Assembly: GCF_006345805.1 (NCBI RefSeq) | Contig: NW_021827335.1 | Span: 1 to 10,611 of the forward strand | DNA length: 10,611 nucleotides | Direction of reading: 5' to 3' | DNA from: Octopus sinensis | Lineage: Eukaryota | In this document: one piece after another, positions 1 through 8,107 of the stretch | How the letters are laid out: each line of letters starts with the position of its first letter | Numbering within the stretch: the stretch's first letter is position 1 | Notes under the pieces: model-generated | Told to the model about the DNA's origin: nothing | Seen by the model: only the letters and a program-made list of their open reading frames with translations | Databases searched by the model: none | Program-made: the position numbers and the translations under genes

Positions 1-395
1 ACAGCAAGTTTCGAGACGACGTGTCATTTGATGCTCGTTCAGTTCATGTGATACCCACTTGTCCAGCTTCTTTACCTTGTCGATTTGTTTCAGCTGTCCC
101 AGTACAGTTGGAATCGGAACATCAAACCTTGCTGTTAACTCATGCGTAGTTTGAGATGCACCCGTTTCCACTACAGTTTCCACTTCATCATTATCCACCT
201 TGGTCTCAGGTCTACGACGGGGTTGATTTTCAAGAATAAAGTCACAAGACCGGAACTTCTCATACCATCATCGTATAGTGCGCTCATTCCCCACATCTTC
301 ACCAAACACCTCATTGATGTTTCGAGCTGTCTGAGATGCATTGGTTCCATGACGGAACTCATTCATAAACAACACGAATTCTTTTATCTATCCAT
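1..395 (-). pseudogene. Mariner transposase pseudogene (paired HTH DNA-binding region plus WVPHEL linker), Hsmar1/SETMAR-like
   Basis: Manual translation of 360 down to 1: EFRHGTNASQTARNINEVFGEDVGNERTIR*WYEKFRSCDFILENQPRRRPETKVDNDEVETVVETGASQTTHELTARFDVPIPTVLGQLKQIDKVKKLDKWVSHELNEHQMTRRLETCC. It aligns by eye to the Hsmar1-type LKQIGKVKKLDKWVPHEL. Premature TGA at 270-268; the ATG at 395-393 is out of frame because of small indels. Confidence 0.93.
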
Positions 396-588
396 GGGTT
401 TACAAAAATTGATTTACAAGAGAAAACTCACAATATAATTAATCAGACACCACGAATTGAATTTCGAAAAGTGATAATGTAATTCTCCAATGCTTTAAAA
501 CAAAGAATTTTCAAGATAAAACATTAGAGTTGACGACTGTCAAACTTGGTGCATAAGAAAATCGGACATTTCATTCTTGATGACCTGA
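1..588 (-). mobile_element. Mariner DNA transposon relic, 5' part only; continues beyond the window start
   Basis: Contains a mariner transposase N-terminus on the minus strand. The element end reads TA|TCAGGTCATCAAGAATGAAATGTCCGATTT, with TA at 589-590 as the putative target-site dinucleotide and the presumed 5' TIR at about 559-588. The partner TIR lies outside the window, so the TIR call rests on position and family resemblance. Confidence 0.9.
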
Positions 589-629
589 TATATTGAACGC
601 TAAGGCAGTTTGAAAGCTATTTGTCACTC

Positions 630-990
630 ACATGTTTCGGTTCTTGGTTCGCATCGTTTTGCAATTACATTGATGATCTAAAAACAAGAAGACAAACTGT
701 AATGCTATAAATATTACTCTTGCTATTCACACAAATAAGGTTTCCCCTGAAAGTAAACTTACAGCAGCCACTTCAAAGGGAGACGTTGTCAGGTTGAAAA
801 CCTAATTACAGACTGGAAGATGACATCGGAAGTATTAAAATGTACGTCAATGATTTTTATCAAAACAGAGAAATAAATAACTGAATAAATGAATAAATAA
901 ATAAATAAATAAATAAGAGCACCAAATCTTGAGAATTTTAAGCAACCATTGTATGTAGAAAGTAAGTTGAAAACAGCTTGGTGTATATAC
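630..990 (+). pseudogene. Highly degenerate non-LTR retrotransposon reverse transcriptase relic (CR1/L2/Jockey-like)
   Basis: Colinear motif remnants across frameshifts: SVLGSHRFA (637-663) plus YIDDL (666-680), like GSVLGPLLFLIYINDL; NAINITL (701-721), like YADD.TL; GDVVRLKT*L (779-808); WKMTSEVLKCTSMIF (814-858), like W...FN..KC.VM.F; and KQLGVY (971-988), like KDLGV. Confidence 0.5.
871..916. repeat. (AAAT)n/(GAAT)n microsatellite
   Basis: Direct tandem tetranucleotide units, lying inside the putative LINE relic. Confidence 0.95.
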
Positions 991-1398
991 GTCTATTCTG
1001 GGTGAACGATCCCCATTTCTTGGCCAATCAAGTCAATCCAAAAGGAAGCTTTCTGTAATCCTCGCAATCGATGGAGCAGAAACGATCCAAAAGCACAACA
1101 TTAGTTTACATCATCACACAGGATGCTGCATCAACAATGCTCTGTAAAATGCACACATGTCCATCTGAACTCTGATATACTTTGCCATCAGAGAATGGTA
1201 AAAGCCACGGAATAAACGTTCGCTTCGTGAGTGGATTTATTGGGTGAATGAGGAGTTATCGTTCTTTTACGTGACAAAGAATGTTTGCCTGTGTTCAAGT
1301 TGAACCATTTCCGATATATTAGAGCTACTTTAATACGCGGCATGTCTGGACTGACTTTCTAGATAAAGATCAGTTTTGTGCGATGCAGACGTAGCTAT

Positions 1399-1670
1399 GG
1401 GAAGGCTCATGGCCTAGTGGTCAGGCTGTTGCACTCATAATCATTAGTTCGTGGTTTCGATACCAGACCGCGTGGTGCGTTGTGTTCTTGACTATTTCAT
1501 TTTGTTTCAGTCCACTCAGTTGTAAATGAATTCCAGTAAAAGCTTGGAAGTTAACCCTGCGATGGACCGGCGTCCCATTCCAGAAGGTTTGTTGTAATAT
1601 TAGACATTTATATGCCATAAGAACCGGGTTAAGCTCCAGGGCTTATGGGCCTTAGGTCTTATGACAGAAC
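1399..1670 (+). mobile_element. tRNA-derived SINE with a CORE-like centre and a Meta-domain-like 3' region
   Basis: A box TGGCCTAGTGG (1410-1420) and B box-like GGTTTCGATACC (1453-1464). CORE-like TTGTGTTCTTGA...TTCAGTCCACTCAGTTGTAAATGA (about 1480-1529). AACCCTGCGATGGACCGGCGTCCCATTCCAG (1553-1583) and ATGCC...AACCGGGTTAAGCTCC (1612-1637) resemble a widely shared invertebrate SINE domain that I recall as the Meta domain. Confidence 0.82.
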
Positions 1671-1910
1671 TGACCCTAGAGTTGGTCACCATGAACGGTC
1701 TTAAAAGTAAAAGAAGGTTTTCAAGTAACATGATAATGAATAATTAATGGGTAGCGACTCTGGCAGTTGTGAGTAGTCAAAGCCGGTGTGAGAAGGGTTA
1801 ATAAGAAGTTAAAGGTGCCATCGTCTGTAATAGGGATTTGGGTAAGATAACAACCAGTAGGTCCTTCCACTTTCTTCATGTTGAAACCACTTTGAAATAT
1901 TCAGAACATT

Positions 1911-1934
1911 CACACACACACATACACACATATG

Positions 1935-1972
<38 letters not shown>

Positions 1973-1975
1973 TAT
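1911..1975. repeat. Compound (CA)n/(TATG)n/(TA)n microsatellite
   Basis: Read directly from the sequence. Confidence 0.97.
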
Positions 1976-2182
1976 CGCCATGTTGATTCGTTAGTTACTG
2001 CACGCATATTTTTTTCTCTCCTTCTTTCTGTGTTTTTTTTCTCTGTGTATCTTTCTGTTGAAGAGCGTATGCTCGAAACGTTAAAGACTTGTTTTATTTA
2101 TATTTCCTGAGCGCCATACTAATACAATTGTTTGTTTGTTTTCCACCTGCCTTCGTCTGTTGTCTATTTTCATAAAGCTTCC

Positions 2183-2184
<2 letters not shown>
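1976..2184 (+). mobile_element. Short non-autonomous repeat embedded in (TA)n; probably a Penelope-like element terminal fragment
   Basis: About 210 bp of complex sequence bounded on both sides by (TA)n. It carries a minimal hammerhead-like motif typical of Penelope termini and resembles an abundant octopus repeat (from memory). Confidence 0.6.
2050..2087 (+). ncRNA. Candidate minimal type I hammerhead ribozyme with a variant core
   Basis: TCTTT-CTGTTGA-A-GAGC-GTAT-GCTC-GAA-AC-GT-T-AAAGA. Helix I is TCTTT/AAAGA, helix II is GAGC/GCTC with a tetraloop, and helix III is the loopless palindrome ACGT. The putative cleavage site follows 2082. A6 is replaced by U, with an extra A after A9. Confidence 0.6.
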
Positions 2185-2235
<51 letters not shown>

Positions 2236-2253
2236 TGTGTATGTATGTATGTA

Positions 2254-2335
<82 letters not shown>

Positions 2336-2341
2336 TGCATG

Positions 2342-2403
<62 letters not shown>

Positions 2404-2475
2404 TGCCCACACTAACACATATATATACATATACACCATATATACATACACACACGCATATATATATATGTGTGT
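2185..2475. repeat. Long compound (TA)n microsatellite with TATG/TACA interruptions, ending in (TG)n
   Basis: Read directly; it is the source of the YIYI ORFs in the ORF track. Confidence 0.98.
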
Positions 2476-2538
2476 GGGGGGCAGTGCCCCAGCATGGCCG
2501 CAGCCTCAAGGCTGAAACATATAAAAAAATAAAAGAAT
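2476..2538 (+). mobile_element. Solo SINE 3' tail
   Basis: GGCAGTGCCCCAGCATGGCCGCAGCCTCAAGGCTGAAAC plus A-rich ATAAAAAAATAAAAGAATA. The same motif occurs at 3255-3277 (-), 7058-7080 (-), 8866-8886 (+) and 9558-9580 (-). Confidence 0.8.
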
Positions 2539-3228
2539 ACACACACGCACATACATTTAACGCCATTGTTTTGGCTATCAACTTTAAGATTTTTCTAATA
2601 TTTTTTCTCGAAAACTAGACAGCAGAAGATCTAAGCGAAAATGGCTATTTATATTTTTGGAACATTGGGTTTTGAAATAAGTAATAACAATGTTGTTGGT
2701 AAACATATTTCTCTCTGAATTTGCATAGTCGATGGTATTTAGTTTAGGTGTTACTCATTGAAGTGTAGGAAACTGTGTTCGGGGAATAATTACCTAAGAA
2801 ACGCTATGTAGTATTTTTAGGTAACAAAACTCATAAAACGCTGGTGTGAAAACACAATATTGTTGACAGAAGTGGCGGTGGGGCTGTTGATGTTTTTTTA
2901 GGCTCATTTTAACAATGAAAGCTTGAAGAAATAACTATTCACTTAAGTCTAAAATGCAAACGTAATCAAATGCATTCTTCGTGAAAGTCATTTTCTGAAA
3001 TTTAAGACACGTTAATTTTGTTTAGTTCTTTTCTTAAATTCTTTTTCTTTTTCTTCTTCTTCTTCTTATTCTCTTGTCGACAGATAACTGATTGGAAAAT
3101 TATATCCAAATATCGAGGTGAGGGAGGTAAAAGCTACCTTATTCTCTCTGTTAAAATTGAGAGATTAGGGGTGGGGGCGAGAGAAGAATGTTTTCAAGTT
3201 ATTTTGAAGCAGCACCTTTTATCATCTA

Positions 3229-3494
3229 ACTTTTACTTATTCCTATCATTCGACTGCGGCCTTGCTGGGGCACTACCTTGAAAGGTTTAGTCGAACGAAT
3301 CGACCCTATTACCTACTTTATTGTTTTATTTCAAGCCTGACACTTATTCAATCGGCTTCTTTTGTCGAATTGCCAAGTTGTGGGGGTGTAAAGAAACAAA
3401 AAATAGTTGTCAATCGGTGGTGGGGGACAAATACAAAGTGACACACACACACACACACCACACACACACACACACACTCACACTCACACAAACA
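3229..3494 (-). mobile_element. 3' half of a SINE with an internal (CA/TG)n microsatellite, split by the DD37D insertion
   Basis: Tail motif TGCGGCCTTGCTGGGGCACTACC (3255-3277); the body is colinear with 8691-8918 and 9536-9760; (CA)n tract at about 3441-3494. Confidence 0.85.
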
Positions 3495-4381
3495 CAGAGT
3501 CACTCGGACTAAATTTGACAACATATTTTGTCTAATTTTTCCTGGAATAGCTTAATGTTTAGGTGAACAGTCAACAAGCGTTGGAGAACATAAAAATGAA
3601 AGTTATAGTTGAGAAAAAAGTTAGTTGACATGGAGAACTGGAAGCCATCTGAATATCGGAAAGGAGTTGCCTGTGTCCTGATGGTTCGCACCGGGTATCG
3701 AAATGCCAATATAATGTCTGCTGCTCGATGCTCACTGATGAACATTGTAAGGGCTATAAAACGTGACATGGTCAACTGTAACGGAGATTACGAAGCTGTG
3801 GTCAGCAGGCGGGGGACACAGCAGGCGTTCTGACTGAGCCTGCTGGCTAGAATTCATCTCCACATCTTTGAACAGAGTCTTAGACACACGGCTCTGTGAA
3901 ACTGCTGGAGCCCATAGTCGAACCCTGGCGAGAGAGACTAAATGCTGGAAAGCAACATGTGTGGAAGCAGGATTCTGCTCCTAGTCATATCTCTGGAAAG
4001 TTTCGGATGTGGATGTCGCAGTATTTCTACAACTTCACCAACCTCCATTTCTAGCCCCCTAATTCCCTTGATTGTAACCCCATGGGTTACTATGTATGGG
4101 GCACGGTTCAAAAAGACACCAATTGCTCTGCCTGCAACACCAAGGCCGAGCTGATGGTCGAGATCAAGATGTTCGAAGATCTTCTCAAGGACACAGTGAG
4201 CAATACATACTCCAAGTTGCGGAACCCTCGTGGGGCCGTAGTGGAAGCTGAGACCAGTTACTTTGTGTAAACTATTATCTCCCAATCAATCTAATCTAAT
4301 TTTCAAAATACTCTTATTTTTGTATGAGATGTATTTTCTCTTCCTTTTATGCAAACTGTCAAATTTAGCCCGAACACGCCG
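3495..4381 (+). mobile_element. Internally deleted DD37D (maT-type, Tc1/mariner superfamily) DNA transposon, 887 bp
   Basis: Imperfect TIRs: left CAGAGTCACTCGGACTAAATTTGACA (3495-3520) and right reverse complement CGGCGTGTTCGGGCTAAATTTGACA (4357-4381), with the inner 17 nt matching 16/17. TA at 4382-4383; CA at 3493-3494 where TA is expected. Transposase relic inside. Confidence 0.92.
3630..4270 (+). pseudogene. DD37D transposase pseudogene
   Basis: N-terminus MENWKPSEYRKGVACVLMVRTGY... from ATG 3630; HSRRSD (3817-3834) after a frameshift; then a jump to HIFEQSLR (3861-3884), LLEPIVEPWRERLNAGKQHVWKQDSAPSH and *PPNSLDCNPMGYYVWG...VVEAETSYFV* (TAA 4268-4270). Exactly 37 codons lie between D (3971-3973) and the third catalytic position (4085-4087, GGT, one change from GAT). 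Confidence 0.92.
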
Positions 4382-4383
4382 TA

Positions 4384-4500
4384 CATATACAATGGGCTTC
4401 TATCCAGTTTTCGTTAACTAAATTCACTCTCAAGGCATTGGTTTGCCCAGGGCTATAATAGAACCACGTGGTTTCTTAATCACACAACCATGCCTACGCC
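4384..4500 (-). mobile_element. 5' (tRNA-like head) half of the SINE whose 3' half is at 3229-3494
   Basis: The reverse complement GGCGTAGGCATGGTTGTGTGATTAAGAAACCACGTGGTTCTATTATAGCCCTGGGCAAACCAATGCCTTGAGAGTG aligns to the head at 7664-7812 (shared AACCACGT, TTCTA..TAGCC, CAATG). The B-box segment is deleted. Orientation is the same as the 3' half. Confidence 0.78.
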
Positions 4501-4724
4501 AAGCCATTCTTGTAGCTTTCTTTAATAACCCACATTAATTACTATATAATTAACTGACTAAATTAACGTATTTCATGTGCGTTTTGTATCGCTGTCTTCC
4601 TAACGAGAGCCTCGCCTGACAATGCCGATCGTGTGTCTTCCTATCAGTCGTGCGGTCGGTGGCACTGCGATGATTTTATGACTAATCCATTTAAAATCTC
4701 GTTGGCTCATCTTACATAAGGTTT

Positions 4725-4850
4725 AAGGTGATTAGTTAGCATAACAAGATTGCCACTGACACCCAGTGCTGAGTTCAAATCCTTCAACACCTATAACTCG
4801 ACGAGGTTCGCTTTTTCTTCTTCTTGTGCCAGTAAGATGAATCAACCGCT
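4725..4850 (+). mobile_element. Degenerate tRNA-derived SINE head fragment
   Basis: B box GAGTTCAAATCC (4771-4782), similar to the B box of the 7340-7576 SINE; the flanks are poorly conserved. Confidence 0.45.
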
Positions 4851-5769
4851 GATTAATATATCTGATTAGATTATATCAGTTAATTGTTTATCTCTCTCTA
4901 AGCAGTTGGCTTTACGTTAACTCTACAAGATATTTAGCTCACATCAGTTGACAAAAAGATACTTTGGGAGATGGAGTCTTTGCTAACCATATTGAGCAGT
5001 TACCCAAGTCAAACAGACACCAAGCAACATGCCGACGCTCATCTTTCTGAACCTCCCTTCCGCTAGATTCACATATCTCTGACTAGAATCTCTAACATTA
5101 ATAAGCTATATTAGTTTTATCATAATTAACACTATCTACATAAACATTAAACATGGCGGTCGCGTTCCCCTAATACACATTCCTTGTAACAACACTATAT
5201 CTTCTCATATTTTCTTTATCCTTTAACATTTACGTTTATTATTTATTTTTACTTTTTCCGCTTTTTAAATTTTTTTTAAATACATCTTCGTTTCTTTTTT
5301 TATATATAGTATTCTTAAATAATATTTTGAGGATGTAATAACTGCTTATGAACAACAAGAAAATGTGAATATAATTGAAAATATAATTATGCTAATTGCC
5401 ATTATCTTGGCGGTATATCAGAATGGTCGCTTACAAAAAAAACTCACCAGAACATTTAAAGAAAGTGTCAGATAAATGCTGATACGGGGTGTGAGGTGAG
5501 TGGGGGTGGATAAGGGTGGAATGAAAAAAAAGAAAAGAATCAAGTAACATTGAAAGAACGAAGCAAACAAAAGAGTTGGATTAAGCGAGAAAGCGTCTGT
5601 GAAACTTAAGAGATTAGAACTGAAGGAAAAGAAAACAACAACAACAACGGTGGAACCGAGAGAAATACAACAAATAAACAGATAAGACAAACACTCTGTC
5701 TACCCATTAGACAGCGATACGAGGCTATTTTTGTTATTTATCATTGTTATTAACCGGGAGGAGAAGGGG

Positions 5770-5856
5770 GAGGAGGAGGAGGAGGAGGAGGAGGAGAAGA
5801 AGAAGAAGAAGAAGAAGAAGAAGAAGAAGAAGAAGAAGATGACGATGATGATGATG
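5770..5856. repeat. Compound trinucleotide microsatellite (GAG)9(AAG)14(ATG/ACG)6
   Basis: Counted directly from the sequence. Confidence 0.95.
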
Positions 5857-6003
5857 AAAGTAAAACCATTCAAATAGAGAAAGTGAAAAAAAAAAGAATT
5901 TATCTGGCGATAAGACGTTGTATGTACGTAAGGAGAGGAGTTATGTTATATCACAAAAGATACAATAAGCACTAGTGACAGCATCCAAGGGATAGAGGAA
6001 ATG

Positions 6004-6035
<32 letters not shown>

Positions 6036-6136
6036 GTGTGTGTCTGTGTGTGGGGGTTATTTCCATATATGCATGTTTGTATGCGTAATTATATGCATAC
6101 ATAGAAATGCGTATATATATATATATATATATATAT
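6004..6136. repeat. Low-complexity (TA)/(TG) microsatellite region
   Basis: (TA)/(TG) mix at 6004-6052 and pure (TA)n at 6112-6136. Confidence 0.9.
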
Positions 6137-7004
6137 AACAGATCTAATAGTGAGGGATTATCAATCCGGGCAAAATACTCCGTAAGCTCCCTGTTGGCAC
6201 ACCACACTAACAATATTCCTTGGATGAGTAACTAGGGTCCGAAGTTATGGTTCATCACAATTCTGTATTGTAAATCCGTGGATGGGCTTCAGATAAACCG
6301 GTTTTTACCTACACACACATGTATATTAAGAAACAAGTTTAAAATAATGGTCATTATATATTATTCCTTTATTGGAGCAAATATGGCTTACAGCTGTTTC
6401 CAGTAGTCATTATAGGTTTACTCAATTAGCTTATTGATCAACTGAGGCAAATTGAACGAACAAAGAGAATTAATGCTACTTTCGGTCAGAGTCATTTCTG
6501 GATATAACAAGCAGAGAGCTCTTGAGGAATGGCTATTGTGTGGGGAAGGTGGGGGAAAAGGATGTTCATGTAGAATAGAGAACAGGGGAAGACAGATTAC
6601 AAAAGGATGGGGAGCAAGTACAGGATTCACTTTGTAGTAGTAGTGGTACCAATTCAGTAAGACTACCAGTAATGTATCTAATATGACTACTGGAAAGAGC
6701 TGTAAGCCAAATTTAGTATAATAAAGGAATTATATGTAATGACCATCATTTTTTTTTACTTGTCAGCCAATGTAAGTTTGTTCTCTGACTAAATGATGTT
6801 TTATTAAAACTAAAAACGCATGAATATATTTATGAAATTTCTATGTTAAATAAGCACCCTTTTCTTTCATAATTTGTATCCCCGCAATTTTAATACTTCC
6901 AAACAAGCAAACTGTCGATATAAGGTTGGAACGAAAATCCTGGCGCACTTCAGAAAACGTTTCTTTGGTCTTGATTGATATATTTAATCAAGATAATATT
7001 TCTC

Positions 7005-7080
7005 ATTATTATTTTATTTTAATTTTTTAAATTTTTATCTAGTTTCAGCTCACAAGCTGTGGCCATGCTGGGGCACCGCC
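7005..7080 (-). mobile_element. SINE/LINE-type 3' tail with A-rich end
   Basis: The minus strand reads GGCGGTGCCCCAGCATGGCCACAGCTTGTGAGCTGAAACTAGAT, then AAAAATTTAAAAAATTAAAATAAAATAATAAT. Confidence 0.8.
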
Positions 7081-7114
7081 ATTAAACAAAATAGGACCCG
7101 GGGGGGGGGGGCTT

Positions 7115-7201
7115 CGCCCGAAAGGTGGAATTGAACCACTCTGACGTCAGTCAGCTACAGGTTTGAAGCCTGCACTCCAGACCACTGAAGCTCGTTATTG
7201 A
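7115..7201 (-). tRNA. tRNA-Sec(TCA): Selenocysteine tRNA (tRNA-Sec, anticodon TCA) copy with the first 5 nt non-matching; probable pseudogene
   Basis: The minus strand reads tcaatAACG-AG-CTTCAG-TGGT-CTGGAG-TGCAGG-CTTCAAA-CCTGTA-GCTGAC-TGAC-GTCAGA-GTGG-TTCAATT-CCAC-CTTTCGGGC-G. This gives a 6-bp D stem, 6-bp anticodon stem, TCA anticodon (7166-7164), long variable arm, 4-bp T stem and G discriminator (7115), over 87 nt as in the vertebrate gene. Acceptor positions 1-5 are TCAAT instead of the GCCCG needed to pair with CGGGC. Confidence 0.93.
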
Positions 7202-7339
7202 TAACTAATAAAACTAATCTTTTTGGCAAATTCAAATTCTTCGTGTTCCGAAGCAAAGAAACACTCAAAATAATGGTTAATCTCTTCGCGATTAATAAAA
7301 ACTAGTGATTCTGCCAATATAGGGCCTTAATAATAATTA

Positions 7340-7576
7340 TTTCTAATTTAGGCCTGCAATTTGTTCGACGCACTACTAGTTCTGTGAAACCATCACTCAT
7401 TCCGGTAGTTTCTAATTTATTTGAATGGAAGTGGTTAGCTGATACTATCGCATCCAGTTCTTGAATAAGACAATATTTTCTTGATCTTGGCGAGATTTGA
7501 ACTCACAACGTAAAGAGTCGGAAGAAACGACGCAAGACCTTTTTCTGGAAGCTCTAACTATTCTGACTCTTCATCG
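7340..7576 (-). mobile_element. Degenerate tRNA-derived SINE of a further octopus-type family
   Basis: B box GAGTTCAAATC (reverse complement of 7494-7504) inside a tRNA-like head at about 7482-7576. The 3' end motif AGGCCTGCAATTTG at about 7350-7363 resembles a family I recall from octopus; the middle is diverged. Confidence 0.65.
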
Positions 7577-7663
7577 TTCGTCATTTTTTTATTTTGATGT
7601 TCGTTTAAGTCCTCGACTAAAGATATTGATTACGAAAACATGATATCAATATATGTAGTCACA

Positions 7664-7812
7664 GGTGCAGACGTGGCCGAGTGGTTAACAAATTTGCTTT
7701 CCAACCACGTATTTCCGGGATCAGTCCTATTGCACGGCACATCGACCAACTGTTTTCTATGTTAGCCCCAAGACGATCAATGTATTGCGAGAAAATTTTG
7801 CGGAAGCTCGAC
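7664..7812 (+). mobile_element. 5' head (tRNA-like plus CORE-like) of the microsatellite-containing SINE family
   Basis: A box TGGCCGAGTGG (7674-7684) and B box-like GGGATCAGTCC (7717-7727). It ends directly at a (TA)n tract at about 7814 and is homologous to 4384-4500. Confidence 0.8.
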
Positions 7813-7933
7813 TTATATATATATGTATATATCACCGGTATATTATTGTTATTTTAATATTTCTATTATATGTAATTTTCTAGATGGCGTAATTTAATTG
7901 TTCCTTTGAATTGATAAAAGGTGTTTTTTTCTT

Positions 7934-7936
<3 letters not shown>

Positions 7937-8006
<70 letters not shown>
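7937..8006. repeat. Perfect (TA)35 microsatellite
   Basis: 70 nt of uninterrupted TA. Confidence 0.98.
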
Positions 8007-8011
<5 letters not shown>

Positions 8012-8107
8012 TGTGAAATTTGATTAGTATTTCTAAATTGAATTTTTCCTTGTAAGTTAGGATTAATATTCCCTCAAATAATTATTATATATATATGTAT
8101 ATACATA

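Noticed and set aside
142-438. 98-aa plus-strand ORF and 63-aa minus-strand ORF (171-362)
   Set aside because: They are the antisense and off-frame shadows of the mariner transposase relic.
1838-2618. Overlapping ORFs of 90-166 aa on both strands (YIYI...)
   Set aside because: They are translations of (TA)n/(CA)n tracts, which contain no stop codons in any frame; there is no coding signal.
3509-4285. ORFs 3509-3775 (-), 3938-4285 (-) and 3942-4154 (+)
   Set aside because: They are antisense or alternative frames of the DD37D pseudogene; the true fragments are 3630-3833, about 3817-3884, about 3901-4051 and 4055-4270.
5772-5970. Stop-free frame encoding poly-G/E/D followed by a basic stretch
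   Set aside because: It has no upstream start, no convincing splice sites and no recognisable domain; the triplet microsatellite explains it.
7097-7116. Idea that the missing GCCCG is supplied downstream (G-C12-G; GGGC-GAA-GCCC hairpin) as a permuted tRNA gene
   Set aside because: Known permuted tRNAs are not split in the acceptor stem, the C run is 12 nt rather than 3, and no bulge-helix-bulge motif is visible; most likely coincidence.
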